A stretch of DNA of 64,000 nucleotides. It comes from Chrysomallon squamiferum (taxonomy: Eukaryota > Animalia > Mollusca). The notes under the pieces were generated by a model that saw only the letters and a program-made list of their open reading frames with translations, was not told the DNA's origin and searched no databases. The translations under genes and the position numbers were made by a program. Positions 1-12,831 of the stretch are shown one piece after another (within the stretch, counting starts at the first letter, position 1; every line of letters starts with the position of its first letter). The stretch lies in assembly GCA_012295275.1 (NCBI GenBank), contig CM022672.1, forward strand, positions 10,664,001 through 10,728,000, written 5' to 3'.

Positions 1-522
1 TTTATTTTTTATTTATTTATTTTTTTTTTTTTTTTTTTTTAAATATAAAATCTTTCGTTTTTATTTTTATATTTCAATTCATTTTATATACATTTTATAT
101 TTTATAATTTGTTTTATTTTTACTTTTTTTTAATTATATCATTTTTTTTTTTTAGTTATATCATTTCACTTTATTTCGTTATATATATATATATATATAT
201 TTATGAATTCAATTTTTTTTGGGGGGCATATTTTATACTATATTTTCTAATTTGCAATTTCTTATTTTTGCTATATTTTAAAAATGTTATTATCTTGCAT
301 TTTTGTTAATCGTTCCTTCCTTATTATTATTATTTTCTTAATTTGAATTGAATTTAACGTTCATTAACGAATAAATAATAACAATAATAACATTATAATA
401 CTGATGGTGATAATAGATGCTGCTGATGATTTATAGGTAATAATAATAATAACAACAACAAAAAACAACAATAATAATAATAACAATAACAACAACAACA
501 AAACAACAACAACAACAACAAC

Positions 523-563
<41 letters not shown>

Positions 564-603
564 TAATAATAATAATAACAATAATTAGTATTTATTTGAC
601 CAG

Positions 604-738
604 GTTGTGGAAAATGGCTACGAATTTTTTGCCAACAGACATTTAGTGACGGTGTTTTCTGCTCCCAACTACTGTGGTGAATTTGACAACGCTGGCGCCA
701 TGATGTCGGTGGACGAAACATTACTGATACATTTCCAG
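604..738 (+). CDS. PP1: PP1 catalytic subunit (divergent), penultimate coding exon, copy 1; earlier exons presumably lie upstream of the window
   Basis: ccag/GTT...CAG/gtac, 135 nt, translates [45 protein letters not shown]; canonical PP1 is [45 protein letters not shown]. Missed by the ORF track. Confidence 0.95.
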
Positions 739-1035
739 GTACAAAAATTACAGCATACATTTGTCTGGTTCAGTGAGCAATAAAGTCAAACTGTTCTTTT
801 GGTGACATGAAAAAGAAAAAAAAACATTTTGCATACTTTCAGTTAACTATTTCAGTGGCCAATCTTTGTTAATAATAAAGTTCAACAATGCAAAATCAAA
901 TTCATAAGGATGCACAAAGGCTGACAGTAATCTTTATTTCTATATCAAAATTTATTTATCCATTTTTTTTTTTTTTTTTCCATAGAAATGAAAATAAATC
1001 ATGACAGACTGAGTACCTCTTTTCTTTCTTATACA

Positions 1036-1069
<34 letters not shown>

Positions 1070-1544
1070 TGTCATCAACTCGTTTTATTATTAACAAAGA
1101 ATGGCTTTAAGGGTATGTATTTATATTTTCTAATTTCACCTTTTGAACCCGAAATGTTTAAAAATGTAACGTAAAATCTCATTTATACGTGACCAGTTAA
1201 TATATTTACCATTTAAAAAAAAAAATAAAAAATAAAATATTTTTTTATTTTTTAAAATTAATAATCCCTTATTCATTAGATATTCAGTCAGTCTGTATAA
1301 AGCTTATGTTTGCATTATGTTTAATCTTATTTCCAGCCTGTTTGTGTGGGAGCTTATTAACATAACCAAACAATTAAATTTCACATTAATACAAAATACA
1401 GTTAATGATACTAAATTTTTATTATTTTAAAAATAAACATATTTTCTTTCTTTCATTATTTATTTATTTATTTATTTTCTATGTTTATTATTATTATTAT
1501 TTTTTTTTTTTTTTTTCTAAAGCACAGTTTTCTTCACTTTTCAG

Positions 1545-1643
1545 ATTCTGAAGCCGTCGGAGAAGAAGATGAGATACAACTACGGAGGTCTGTTGTCGGG
1601 GAGACCGGCCACGCCCCCAAAACAGCTGAAGAAAAACAGCTGA
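1545..1643 (+). CDS. PP1: PP1 catalytic subunit, terminal coding exon, copy 1 (PP1-beta-like tail)
   Basis: ttttcag acceptor, phase 0, [32 protein letters not shown]; resembles PP1-beta [26 protein letters not shown] and keeps the TPP Cdk site. The ORF-track reading ([10 protein letters not shown]...) is the wrong frame. Confidence 0.93.
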   Translation: MLKPSEKKMRYNYGGLLSGRPATPPKQLKKNS

Positions 1644-2193
1644 AGAAAAAGAGAAAACTGAGTGAAAGAAACAACACGTCAAAAAGATTAACAACAAAAA
1701 CAACAACCGGGGGGAGCAGAGATGTGCACCGATCACAACAAAGTCAAAGTGTTTTATGAAAGTCGTGAGGGAGTTCTTCCATCAACAGCCGTATTTGTTT
1801 TAATCATGTCAATGTTTTAATTGTCAAACAAAAATAACACACCAGATTCTTGGTCGCTGCATTTGGAATTCTAACGTTCGCTGTTGATGACTGATTTCGT
1901 TTTTTTTTTACGTTATATAGGTGTGTGTGTTTCATAAGTTTGTTTCTCGAAATTACGTTGTTATTTTTGTGTTTTTTTGTGTTTTTTGTTTTTTTGTTTT
2001 TGTTCTTTGTACGAATGTTTAGAATTCTTAACAAGAAAGAATTATGTTTAAGGCAAGAATACAAGTTCTTACTAGGCTTGGGTTTTGAGACTTTTTGGTA
2101 TCCTTAATTAATTGTCAGAAAGTTGCCATGAAAATCAAGTTTTATATATATGTTTTGTATATATTATAAATGTTCATTTTTGTATATATTGTG

Positions 2194-2199
2194 AATAAA
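2194..2199 (+). terminator. Candidate polyadenylation signal of the PP1 gene
   Basis: AATAAA about 550 nt after the stop, followed by GT/T-rich sequence; present in both copies. The motif is common in AT-rich DNA. Confidence 0.35.
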
Positions 2200-2270
2200 G
2201 GTCTTGTTGACTTTGTAATTCATAACTGAAGTGTTTCCTGAGTGTGTGTTGTTATCTTTTGAAAAGCTCA

Positions 2271-2305
<35 letters not shown>

Positions 2306-3083
2306 TCATACATACATGAACAGCAGATAACACACACAATGAATAAGTTTGAGGTGTACCTAAGTTGGAACATGCAAACAACAACAACAACAAAAATAAC
2401 ATTAGCAAAGGCAATACCAGTAACAACAAAGACAACAACAATAATAATAATAAATTTAGATGTTCAAAGGCCGCTGTTATCCCATCTTTGTCCTACTATA
2501 TTTATATTTTATAAACTGTAAAATTTAAGAAATAAAATAATACAAAAATTTAAAAAAAAAAAAGAGGAAAATTAACATTTAATTTCTAAGACTGTTTTAA
2601 CAAAAATTAGCAGGTTTGCCACTTTTTATGAACCAAAAATAAAAGAAACCTTGCTGCAAGACATAAAAGTGTAATTAGTTCGCAGAAGAGTTTAAAAATT
2701 ACAAAATATTAGTAGCAAGAAAAGACAGATGATAAAAATGCTCTTGTGAGATTAGATTGTTTGAACGTTGTTTTTAAAACCAGTAATTTAAAAATGTTAT
2801 TAGCAAAGCTTAAATATAACATATAAAAGTAAGAGTTAATAATATAAAGTGTTAGTGTCGTTATAAATAATAACAAAACGTAAAGGAAAAAGATTTTGGA
2901 AACTAAATAATATTATGTATGTTTTATATATGTATATGTATATACAACCTCTTTTACTATTAATAATCATTAAAACAAAGTATGTATCCTTATTTTAATG
3001 AGTAATAATAGAAAAAAAAAAGATTGTAATAAATAAACTAGAATAACTGCTTAACTATCGTAAAGATGTGAAATGCTGAAAAC

Positions 3084-3126
<43 letters not shown>

Positions 3127-3247
3127 CAGGGTTTGGTAGTTGTTTTTTTATTTTTTGATTTTTAGTTTTTATTTGTATATCTATATGTGTATATATATAT
3201 ATATATATAAATTAATTTTATTTATTTAATTATTTATTTATTTTTTT

Positions 3248-3278
<31 letters not shown>

Positions 3279-4328
3279 TTTTTTTGCAATGAAGTTTTGG
3301 GAGTTTTAAAAATATAAAATAATTTTTGCAATTATCATTTTTTTATTTTAATTTTTAAATTATTATTTTTATCTATTTTTTTTATTATTATTTTTTATTT
3401 CATTTTATTTTATTTTTATGATATTAATTATTTTATTTAAACTAAATAACAGCCAAGCTAAAGAATAATAAATAGAAACATTTGGGCTAAATTTTTAACT
3501 CTGAATCACAATAAACCATAATGCTTATTAATCTTTTGTAATATAATATTAACAGGTGTTAATTAAACGTCTGTTACCATTCAAACACTATTAAATTTTT
3601 TTTTTGGTTACAGATTAATTTATGGTTATAATTTTTAGATCAACACTGTTTGCTAATCCTTCTCAGTATGTTTCCAATTTATCTAGCAGCCTTCTGATGC
3701 CCTGCACACAAAAGGTTAACTCTTTTTAATAACAAAACTAATTTTTCCGACTTATAAACCAGTCCTATGAAGATACTGGGTGTAATTCCTCATAATCTGA
3801 ATCAGTACAAATCCCATATTGAGATATGTAAAAATAATGTACAATAAAATCAGTTAACAGATATAAATTATGTTCCTGTCGAGGGTTCCAGTTATTGTAT
3901 ATTAAATAGCAATAGCCATATTTCCTATTTCCCATTATAAGTAACCATAATTCTTCCATGGGTGCCTCCTAATAAGTCATGGTTAGCAGAATGACCTAAA
4001 ATACCTTTTGTCTCCATAGATGGGTCTCCTGCCCATATGGCTTACTCCCATTTGGTTGAATTCCCACTTGGTCGAAGTGCTAAAACAACAACAGTGGTCT
4101 TACTGACATGCATGTTGTTACCTCAGTCAGTATAATGAACTGTTCCAGATTATTTGGAAACCGATTATTATTGTATAGATGGCGTGGATGTCACTTATCA
4201 CATAAAGTATCCAAATATGACAAATATCGAAATAATCCATGTACTGTAAATGACTAAAAAAAAGAAGGTATTCATCTAAAAAAACACACCATTTTCTTAT
4301 ATACTCAAGAGGCCACGAAGAACATATA

Positions 4329-5220
4329 CAGTATACCCTCACCTATTCGCGGTTCCCCATTCGCGGCCCCGCATATTCGCGGGTTAGGCTCTTAACCCTA
4401 TCGCATCGTATGCTGGTATACCAGGCTAGCGTCATAACGTCATAAAAACAAATGCTCGGTAAACCGGGTTTTTGTAGGTCATAGAGACTTAAGTGCCTGA
4501 AGAGTAGGAATAATTACCTAAAGTGCTGTAAAGCAGCAGCTAAGCTGTGCCATACTGTACATTAGTGTTATCATCATCATCGTATGGCACTGCAAATTTC
4601 ATCGTCATTTTATTATCATTCATTATTGGTGACAGCACAAACAATATCAAATTTTTTCAATTATTATTGCAATACAGTACGTATTTTTTTATAAATGCAT
4701 ACACTGTATGTACAGTGCATATTTTTTGTGACCGTGTATTAATAATGTTTTTAATTGCATATTATTACTGAATTGTATTATTATTACCTGAACTGTGCGT
4801 ACTGTATTTATCTGTCTGTTTGCCTTTAAATTTGTTCCACTTTCTGTCAATTCTAATACATATGTTGTACGCATAGAAAATGACTTTACGGTACAGTAAT
4901 ACAGTATCGGTAACTATGCTATGCGGTGTTACTGTCCTCCTGTACTTACGTTTCTTTCTGATTAAAATATTGTTTCAGTACAAAATTAAAATGTGTTTAC
5001 ATTATCATTACTACATTAGTGAAATACATAACTGCATGCAATATTACTACATTATTACTGTATTAATGAGTAAGAGTGTCTTTAGAAAGTGTTTGGGAAG
5101 CATTTAGTACCGTATATAATCTCATAATAGACGTTTTAAAACTGCATCCAATATTCGCGGTTTTTCGCTATTCGCGGGGGGGTAAAGAACGTAACCCCCG
5201 CGAATAGCGAGGGAATACTG
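4329..5220. mobile_element. Non-autonomous Tc1/mariner (Tigger/pogo-like) element, 892 bp, TA target-site duplication
   Basis: TA|CAGTATACCCTCACCTATTCGCGG ... CCGCGAATAGCGAGGGAATACTG|TA imperfect TIRs; the empty site aacataTAttggt is seen in the other copy at ~14834-14846. Confidence 0.9.
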
Positions 5221-5222
5221 TA

Positions 5223-5777
5223 TTGGTAAATAAACAATTGTCCGTCTCTAATGAACATTTGTATATAAACCGAAGCGATGTCAGACACACGAACACCATT
5301 CTCATGATTTGCAATTATTTCTTTCTTAACCTCTACTGTGATACGTTTACACTTTCCACCAGCATTATCGCTTTCACTTTTTCTTTTCAAGGGCGCCATA
5401 TTGGAGAGTGTATGATAAAAAAAATATACACATAAAAGCAACATTACTTTAAAAAAGGCGAGCGAACAATCTCAATGCAAAAATCTATTAAGCTGCAACT
5501 GCGTATCGAAGTCTAAAGGCCCTAATTCTTGCTATATATTTGCTTTAGGGCATGCCTATAATCCTTACTTTGACCTCGGTTTTGATGTAAGCATATATTT
5601 TTATCTTTACTAGATGTTGACGTCAAAACCGACGTCAAAAGAAAGCTTGTTATGACGCGTCGCTGTAGTTCGTAACTCGGAACTTTGTTCGTAAACCGAG
5701 ACAAAAACTGCCCAAGATCACGGTTTGTAATCCGATTTGTTCGTACTTCGAGGGGTTCGTAACCCGAGGTTCCTCTG
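5223..5777 (-). mobile_element. Tigger/pogo-like transposon remnant (5' TIR plus N-terminal HTH of transposase)
   Basis: Minus strand begins TA|CAGAGGAACCTCGGGTTACGAAC and encodes MAPLKRKSESDNAGGKCKRITVEVKKEIIANHENGVRVSDIASVY, typical of the CENP-B/psq HTH start of Tigger transposases; truncated. Lower boundary approximate. Confidence 0.8.
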
Positions 5778-7013
5778 TACAGAGTTTTATTCACAAAAGG
5801 CCACGGAGAAACTATGAAAAACTATGAAGAGGCCATGTTCATTACATAAACAGATAATCAGATTTATATATATTGATAAATAAACTATTGTCCGTCTATA
5901 ATCAAAACTTGTATGAACACGAAGAGGCCATGTTTATTACATACAGAGGTAATCAGAAGAAAAAAATACGAACAAAAAAAATATATATACATCTGAAAAA
6001 TAATAATAAAAATAAAAATTACATATTCACTGAAATAAGTTTATTTAATTTCCGAAACCCTTTGCAGACCATCTTTACGTTCGTTAGACAACACTGCAAA
6101 AAAATCCGGTTTTAAAATCCAAAAATAATAATAAAATGAAATAATATAAATAATAGTAAGAAGTATAACATCAACAAAAAGAACAACAATTATAGTGTAA
6201 AAAAAACAACTACCAAACAATAATAATAATATCCATTTTTTTTTTTTTTTTTTTTTTTTGGTTGGTTTTTTTTCTACAAATTTGTACATATTAGGAAAGA
6301 GGAATACTTTTTTTTTATAATTATTTTTTATATTTCTTTTTTTTTTTTTTTCTTTTTTTCTTTTTATTTGTTTATTTTATTTTATTTTATTTTTTTTTTT
6401 TTGTTATTTTGTTATTATAATCGTCTTCTCTTTTTTTTAATGTGTGTTTTTTTTTTTTTATTTTTAATTTTATTTTAACATACAGAATTTAAAACACAGT
6501 TGATTGCCTTTCTCCACAATTATTTATTATTGTTATTTATAACATTTTAACGCTCGGAAACAAAAGCATATATATAAAATAAAAAGTATCTGAAAAAACG
6601 GGCTGACAAAAGAATTAATCCCGCTTGCCAGTTTCATTTGTTTGTTGGCATTGTTCACTTTTTTCCCCCTGTTTATAGCAACATGTTTAACCATATCTCT
6701 GGGTTGCATTTGGATGTACACAGTAACTTATATTTAAATAAAACAAATAAATATACAGTGTCAAAAAAAAGGAAAATAATCCTGGATCTTCGTAACACAT
6801 AACTAATACCAAGGGCAAAACCAGAGCTGAACAGTTCAACACACAAACCACAGCAGTGTTATGGAAATGCATCTGGCCAGCAATGGAGATAACTCTTCGT
6901 AAAACAAAAAATTAATAATAATAATAATAACTGCTTTTGAATGCAAATAATATTCTCTAATCGTTTATTACGTTTTATTTTACTATTATTATTTAATTTC
7001 TAATTTTTCCCTT

Positions 7014-7080
7014 CTAACATATCTTAGACACCAGTTTCGTTAAGCTATCTTCGTCATCGACATCGTTGTTCGCTGCGACG
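7014..7080 (-). pseudogene. Truncated 3' stub of the SILK/RVxF orphan gene
   Basis: Matches 16616-16682 (VAANNDVDDEDSLTKLVSKIC*); cut at the rearrangement junction, so both docking motifs are absent. Confidence 0.85.
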
Positions 7081-7695
7081 GTATTTGTGTATTTGTTTTG
7101 TATGTAAATAAATAATAAATTAAATAAATGTATTTAGAACGTATTTATATTATTATTATTATTATTGTTATTATTATTATTATTATTATTTTTACACCAT
7201 ATTTACATACCACCTTTTCCATACTAAGTAAGTTCAAGGGTTCTTTACAGTGTAAACTAACGAACTAATCTATAAAAAGACTAGGACATAAACATATTAA
7301 ATAAATGTAAACACAACGTATTTAGAACATCTATTTAGTGAATTATCGTGTATTCGGAAAACTAGCAACTTGATATTTGTGTTACGACAGCAGCAACATC
7401 AATAGTACTATTGCATGATGCCGCTACAACGACTACGGTTACTATTTCAACAATTACTGCTACTACTGGTTCCGCTCTTTTTGCTCCTACTATACTATTA
7501 CTTCCATTGCTGTCGCTGATGTTGCTACCAGTGCAACGTTACTGCTGTTGCTGCTGTTGTACCTTTTATCACTTCTACTACTGTTGCCGTTGCTGTTATT
7601 GCTGCTATACCCCACCATCACCACTACTACGACGACCACCATCAACACCACTACCACCACTAGTACTAATACTACTACTAATACCACCACTACTA

Positions 7696-7751
<56 letters not shown>

Positions 7752-8170
7752 GTTACTACTACTAATAATACTTACCAAAAAGGAAAATAAAACTATCTGA
7801 TCATAATGAATGTAAAGAGCAAACAAAGAAAAGTATGAAACAATCAGAAAGAATGCCGAAAAATCAAGATAATTAAAAATGGCACACATAACGGTGACAT
7901 CAGAAATGACATGGAACAGTGAGTAAGAATAGCACCCTATTGTGCAATTTCCCGCTCCAACCAGTGTGACTCGAAAGATACGTCACAGATGTTTGACTGT
8001 TACATTTAATGGAAGAGATAGCCAAAGGCAAATATGTTTCCTTTATCATAAGCTTAATTATGTCCACAATCAGAGGTTTGAAAACAACCAAATCTCCATT
8101 ATTCACGAGATGATAGGTTAGGACAGAAAATCAATCACGAGCACATTAACAGTATTATTTATTTATTTAT
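7081..8170 (-). repeat. Inverted copy of ~19170-20281
   Basis: Reverse complement match; the ORF track shows near-identical peptides at 7900-8106(-) and 19236-19442(+). Confidence 0.92.
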
Positions 8171-8171
8171 T

Positions 8172-8225
<54 letters not shown>

Positions 8226-9014
8226 GTTATTGTTGTTGTTGTTGTTGTTATTATTATTATTGTTGTTGTTTTGTTGTTGTTGTTATTATTATTATTACCT
8301 ATAAATCATCAGCAGCATCTATTATCACCATCAGTATTATAATGTTATTATTGTTATTATTTATTCGTTAATGAACGTTAAATTCAATTCAAATTAAGAA
8401 AATAATAATAATAAGGAAGGAACGATTAACAAAAATGCAAGATAATAACATTTTTAAAATATAGCAAAAATAAGAAATTGCAAATTAGAAAATATAGTAT
8501 AAAATATGCCCCCAAAAAAAAATTGAATTCATAATATATATATATATATATATATATATAACGAAATAAAGTGAAATGATATAACTAAAAAAAAATGATA
8601 TAATTAAAAAAAAGTACAAATAAAACAAATTATAAAATATAAAATGTATATAAAATGAATTGAAATATAAAAATAAAAACGAAAGATTTTATATTTAAAA
8701 AACAAAAAAAAAAAAATAAATAAAAAATAAATATAAAATAAAATAAAATAAAATAAAGATAAAAAATAATAATAAAACAAAAAATAATAAAACAAAAACA
8801 AAAACAAAAAATAATAAAATAAAAACAAAAACAAAAACAAAAACAAAAACAAAAACAAAAACAAAAACAAAAACAAATAAAAATAAAAATAAAAATAAAA
8901 ATAAAAATAAAAATAAAAACAAAATCAAAATCCAAAACCAAAAACTAAAAACAAATTAAAATAAAAAATAATTTAAATTAAAAATTGTAATAAAAAAAAA
9001 CATGCTACAGAGAC

Positions 9015-9166
9015 CTGGTGAGCTCGACAGATGAGATCGAGGTCGTGTTTTTTCAGGAACTGGGTGACGACGCTTGCACTGAACGTGTAGGACACGCCCC
9101 TGTCGTTTTCACCCCACGAATCCACGTCAGGGTCGGGGTCCGACCACAGCAAGTCACAGAGTAAAC
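9015..9166 (-). pseudogene. PP1: Inverted PP1 exon ([11 protein letters not shown]...RAHQ)
   Basis: ttttag/GT...CAG/gtct, 152 nt, open: (G)[50 protein letters not shown]. No downstream PP1 exon on this strand. Confidence 0.9.
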
Positions 9167-9685
9167 CTAAAACAAACTTTCATTTAACAACGTCATCAAA
9201 CACCACAGTGACACCACCACTACAACAACTACCAGAAATATCACCACCATCATTACTACTACTACTACTACTACTACTGCTACCGCTTCTGCTGCTACTA
9301 ACAGTTTTACTACTACCACCACGCTACTACTGTTACCATTTTTACTACCACTGCTACTACTACTACAACTACTACTACTACTATTACTTCTACTAACATT
9401 ACTACTACTACTACTGTAACTACTATTACAGGTTGAGAATCCTTTATAAAATAAAATAAAATTTGTGTATGAAAAACAGTTAGAGATCTGTAAAATACAT
9501 CTATTTCTGCTGCTTGGAAAAGTTTCGAGATTCGATATTATTAAGGGAACTTTGACCTATAATATTGTTACCATTACTGCTGATTTACTAATATGGCTAC
9601 AGCTAGTTATATTACAACTACTATTGTCCCACAAACAAATTCAATGTATTATTATTATTATTACTACTGTATCTATGAGACGAAC

Positions 9686-9757
9686 CAGAATCTGGAATCT
9701 CTGTAGGTCTTGCAATACGTTTAATCTGATCCAGAGAATTCAAGTCTGGTGACAACC
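9686..9757 (-). pseudogene. PP1: Inverted PP1 exon (GLSPDL...PDS)
   Basis: ttttcag/GG...TG/gttc, 72 nt, (G)[23 protein letters not shown](G); phases fit both neighbours. Confidence 0.9.
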
Positions 9758-10114
9758 CTGAAAAAAAAGAAGTGTAAATCATATAACTAACTAATTAACT
9801 AACTAATTAACTAACTAATTAACTAACTAAACTAAACTAATCTAAGAAAACTAACTTACCTGTCTCACTAGATAACTAAACTAAACTAGTTAACTAACTC
9901 ACTCACTTGTTGTCTAACTAATCTAAACTAGCTTAACTAATTAACTAATCCCTTAAATTAACTCACTAACTCAGTCACTTTATGACTAACTAAGTAACTA
10001 ACAAACTAATTTAATAAATTAAGCAGTGTGAAAAATAATTTAAAGGTAAGAAAAAAAAAATTAAATCTAGGCATTATCGACTAAAAATGAAGTCAATAAA
10101 TAAATAATAATAAC

Positions 10115-10219
10115 CTCCATGACAACAGAAAATTTTGCAGTCAACAATGGCTACGATAGGCATACAGTTGAAACAGTCGGTAAACGTTTTCCATACCTTG
10201 ACACTGTATCTTCTTTTAC
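10115..10219 (-). pseudogene. PP1: Inverted PP1 exon (KRRY...CCHG)
   Basis: tgcag/GT...GAG/gtta, 105 nt, (C)[34 protein letters not shown](G); no earlier PP1 exon (e.g. RGNHE) found on this strand. Confidence 0.9.
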
Positions 10220-10351
10220 CTGCAATACACCTTAAATTAGTTTATTTAAATAATAAATAGATAGACAGACAGACAGACAGACAGACGGAGAGACAGACAG
10301 ATACAAATATTGAAAAATAGATAGATAGAGGTTGACAGATAGATAGGTGGG

Positions 10352-10386
<35 letters not shown>

Positions 10387-10474
10387 AAAAAATTAATTAA
10401 TTAATGAATACAAATAAATAAATAAATAGACAGACAGACAGATAGATAAAAAGAACTAAATAAATAAATTAATA

Positions 10475-10525
<51 letters not shown>

Positions 10526-10659
10526 AAGGAAATACAGACAGATAGATATATAGATATAAATAATTTAAAAATTAAATTAATATAAATAAATAAATAAAGC
10601 AAGAAGGAAAGAAAGAACATAACGAAAAAACAGCCTGCTCCAAGAAAAAAAAAAAAAAT

Positions 10660-10704
<45 letters not shown>

Positions 10705-10842
10705 AAAAATAAAGAAAGGCGAAAAGAAGAAAGAAAGATCAGCGTATGCAGGAAACATGTTTCCGCCCTCAGTAATTACTGTCTCAGAGTAGGTCTGAGA
10801 TCTCTAATTACCATAACAATAATAATAATAATAATAATAATA

Positions 10843-10891
<49 letters not shown>

Positions 10892-10954
10892 TACAACAAC
10901 AACAACAACAAAAACAACAACAACAATAATAACAATAATAATAATAATAATAAC

Positions 10955-11043
<89 letters not shown>

Positions 11044-11089
11044 CAACAATAATAATAATAATAACAATAATTAGTATTTATTTGACCAG

Positions 11090-11224
11090 GTTGTGGAAAA
11101 TGGCTACGAATTTTTTGCCAACAGACATTTAGTGACGGTGTTTTCTGCTCCCAACTACTGTGGTGAATTTGACAACGCTGGCGCCATGATGTCGGTGGAC
11201 GAAACATTACTGATACATTTCCAG
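11090..11224 (+). pseudogene. PP1: PP1 penultimate exon, copy 2 (orphaned; possible alternative exon)
   Basis: Identical to 604-738 with intact splice sites, but its adjacent upstream exons are inverted. Confidence 0.85.
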
Positions 11225-11527
11225 GTACAAAAAACAGCATACATTTTTCTGGTTCAGTGAGCAATAAAGTCAAACTGTTCTTTTGGTGACATGAAAAAGA
11301 AAAAAAAACATTTTGCATACTTTCAGTGTACTATCTCAGTGGCCAATCTTTGTTAATAATAAAGTTCAATAATGCAAAATCAAATTCATAAGGATGTACA
11401 AAGGCTGACAGTAATCTTTATTTCTATATCGAAATTTATTTATCAATTTTTATTTTTATTTTTTTTTTTTTTTTCATAGAAATAAAAACAAATCATGACA
11501 GACTGAGTACCTCTTTTCTTTCTTATA

Positions 11528-11563
<36 letters not shown>

Positions 11564-12078
11564 CATAGAAATAAAACAAATTATGTCATCAACTCGTTTT
11601 ATTATTAACAAAGAATGGCTTTAAGGGTATGAATTTATATTTTTTAATTTCACCTTTTGAACCCGAAATATTTAAAAATGTAACTTAAAATCTCATTTAT
11701 ACGTGACCAGTTAATATATTTACCATTTTTTTAAATTGATTTATTTTTTTATTTTTTTATTTTTTAAAATTAATAATCCCTTATTCATTAGATATTCAGT
11801 CAGTCTGTATAAAGCTTATGTTTGCATTATGTTTAATCTTATTTCCAGCCTGTTTGTGTGGTCAAGGGCTACCTAATTGTGTGGGAGCTTATTAACATAA
11901 CCAAACAATTAAATTTCACGTTAATACAAAATACAGTTAATGATACTAAATTTTTATTATTTTAAAAATAAACATATTTTCTTTCTTTCATTATTTATTT
12001 ATTTATTTATTTTCTATGTTTATTATTATTATTATTATTTTTTTTTTTTTCTAAAGCACAGTTTTCTTCACTTTTCAG

Positions 12079-12177
12079 ATTCTGAAGCCGTCGGAGAAGA
12101 AGATGAGATACAACTACGGAGGTCTGTTGTCGGGGAGACCGGCCACGCCCCCAAAACAGCTGAAGAAAAACAGCTGA
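12079..12177 (+). pseudogene. PP1: PP1 terminal exon, copy 2 (orphaned; possible alternative last exon)
   Basis: Identical to 1545-1643. Confidence 0.85.
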
Positions 12178-12795
12178 AGAAAAAGAGAAAACTGAGTGAA
12201 AGAAACAACACGTCAAAAAGATTAACAACAAAAACAACAACCGGGGGGAGCAGAGATGTGTACCGATCACAACAAAGTCAAAGTGTTTTATGAAAGTCGT
12301 GAGGGAGTTCTTCCATCAACAGCCGTATTTGTTTAATCATGTCAATGTTTTAATTGTCAAACAAAAATAACACAGCAGATTCTTGGTCGCAGCATTTGGA
12401 ATTCTAACGTTCGCTGTTGATGACTGATTTCGTTTTTTTTTTACGTTATATAGGTGTGTGTGTTTCATAAGTTTGTTTCTCGAAATTACGTTGTTATTTT
12501 TGTGTTTTTTTGTGTTTTTTGTTTTTGTTCTTTGTACGAATGTTTAGAATTCTTAACAAGAAAGAATTATGTTTAAGGCAAGAATACAAGTTCTTACTAG
12601 GCTTGGGTTTTGAGACTTTTTGGTATCCTTAATTAATTGTCAGAAAGTTGCCATGAAAATCAAGTTTTATATATATGTTTTGTATATATTATAAATGTTC
12701 ATTTTTGTATATATTGTGAATAAAGGTCTTGTTGACTTTGTAATTCATAACTGAAGTGTTTCCTGAGTGTGTGTTGTTATCTTTTGAAAAGCTCA

Positions 12796-12831
<36 letters not shown>

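Larger units (their letters stand above)
578..7080 (+). repeat. Segmental duplication copy A (direct repeat of ~11065-16682)
   Basis: Colinear by eye with 11065-16682; the two PP1 exons are identical, non-coding parts differ by substitutions, small indels and one 892-bp insertion. Ends abruptly at ...gctgcgacg (7080 = 16682). Confidence 0.95.
8230..10805 (-). repeat. Inverted copy of PP1 gene interior (matches window 1-~540 and presumably sequence upstream of the window)
   Basis: ~8290-8700 is the reverse complement of ~40-445; the segment continues into three minus-strand PP1 exons that precede the 604-738 exon in protein order. Confidence 0.88.

Noticed and set aside
658-693. Toxin-resistance (okadaic acid/microcystin) explanation for PP1 divergence
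   Set aside because: The beta12-beta13 loop [11 protein letters not shown] including Y272 and C273 is unchanged.
431-760. Minus-strand [21 protein letters not shown]... (also 10776-11318)
   Set aside because: Antisense shadow of a PP1 exon running into AAT repeats.
1481-1759. ORF-track protein [15 protein letters not shown]... (also 11940-12293)
   Set aside because: Alternative frame of the PP1 terminal exon; the phase-0 frame gives the conserved ILKP...TPP tail.
3765-4300. ORF MEELWLLIMG... as a gene
   Set aside because: No recognisable domain, the ATG region is deleted in the duplicate copy, and flanks look like decayed repeat sequence.
7900-8106. 68-aa ORF conserved at two positions (also 19236-19442)
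   Set aside because: The similarity just reflects the inverted duplication; GTG start and no motif.
9429-9560. Small MITE in the inverted PP1 intron (ta|caggttgagaatcc...)
   Set aside because: The left end is Tigger4-like but the right TIR is too degenerate to support a call.
9015-12177. A second complete PP1 gene
   Set aside because: Exons are on opposite strands and no N-terminal exons (GDIHG, GDYVDRG, RGNHE) were found in the window.
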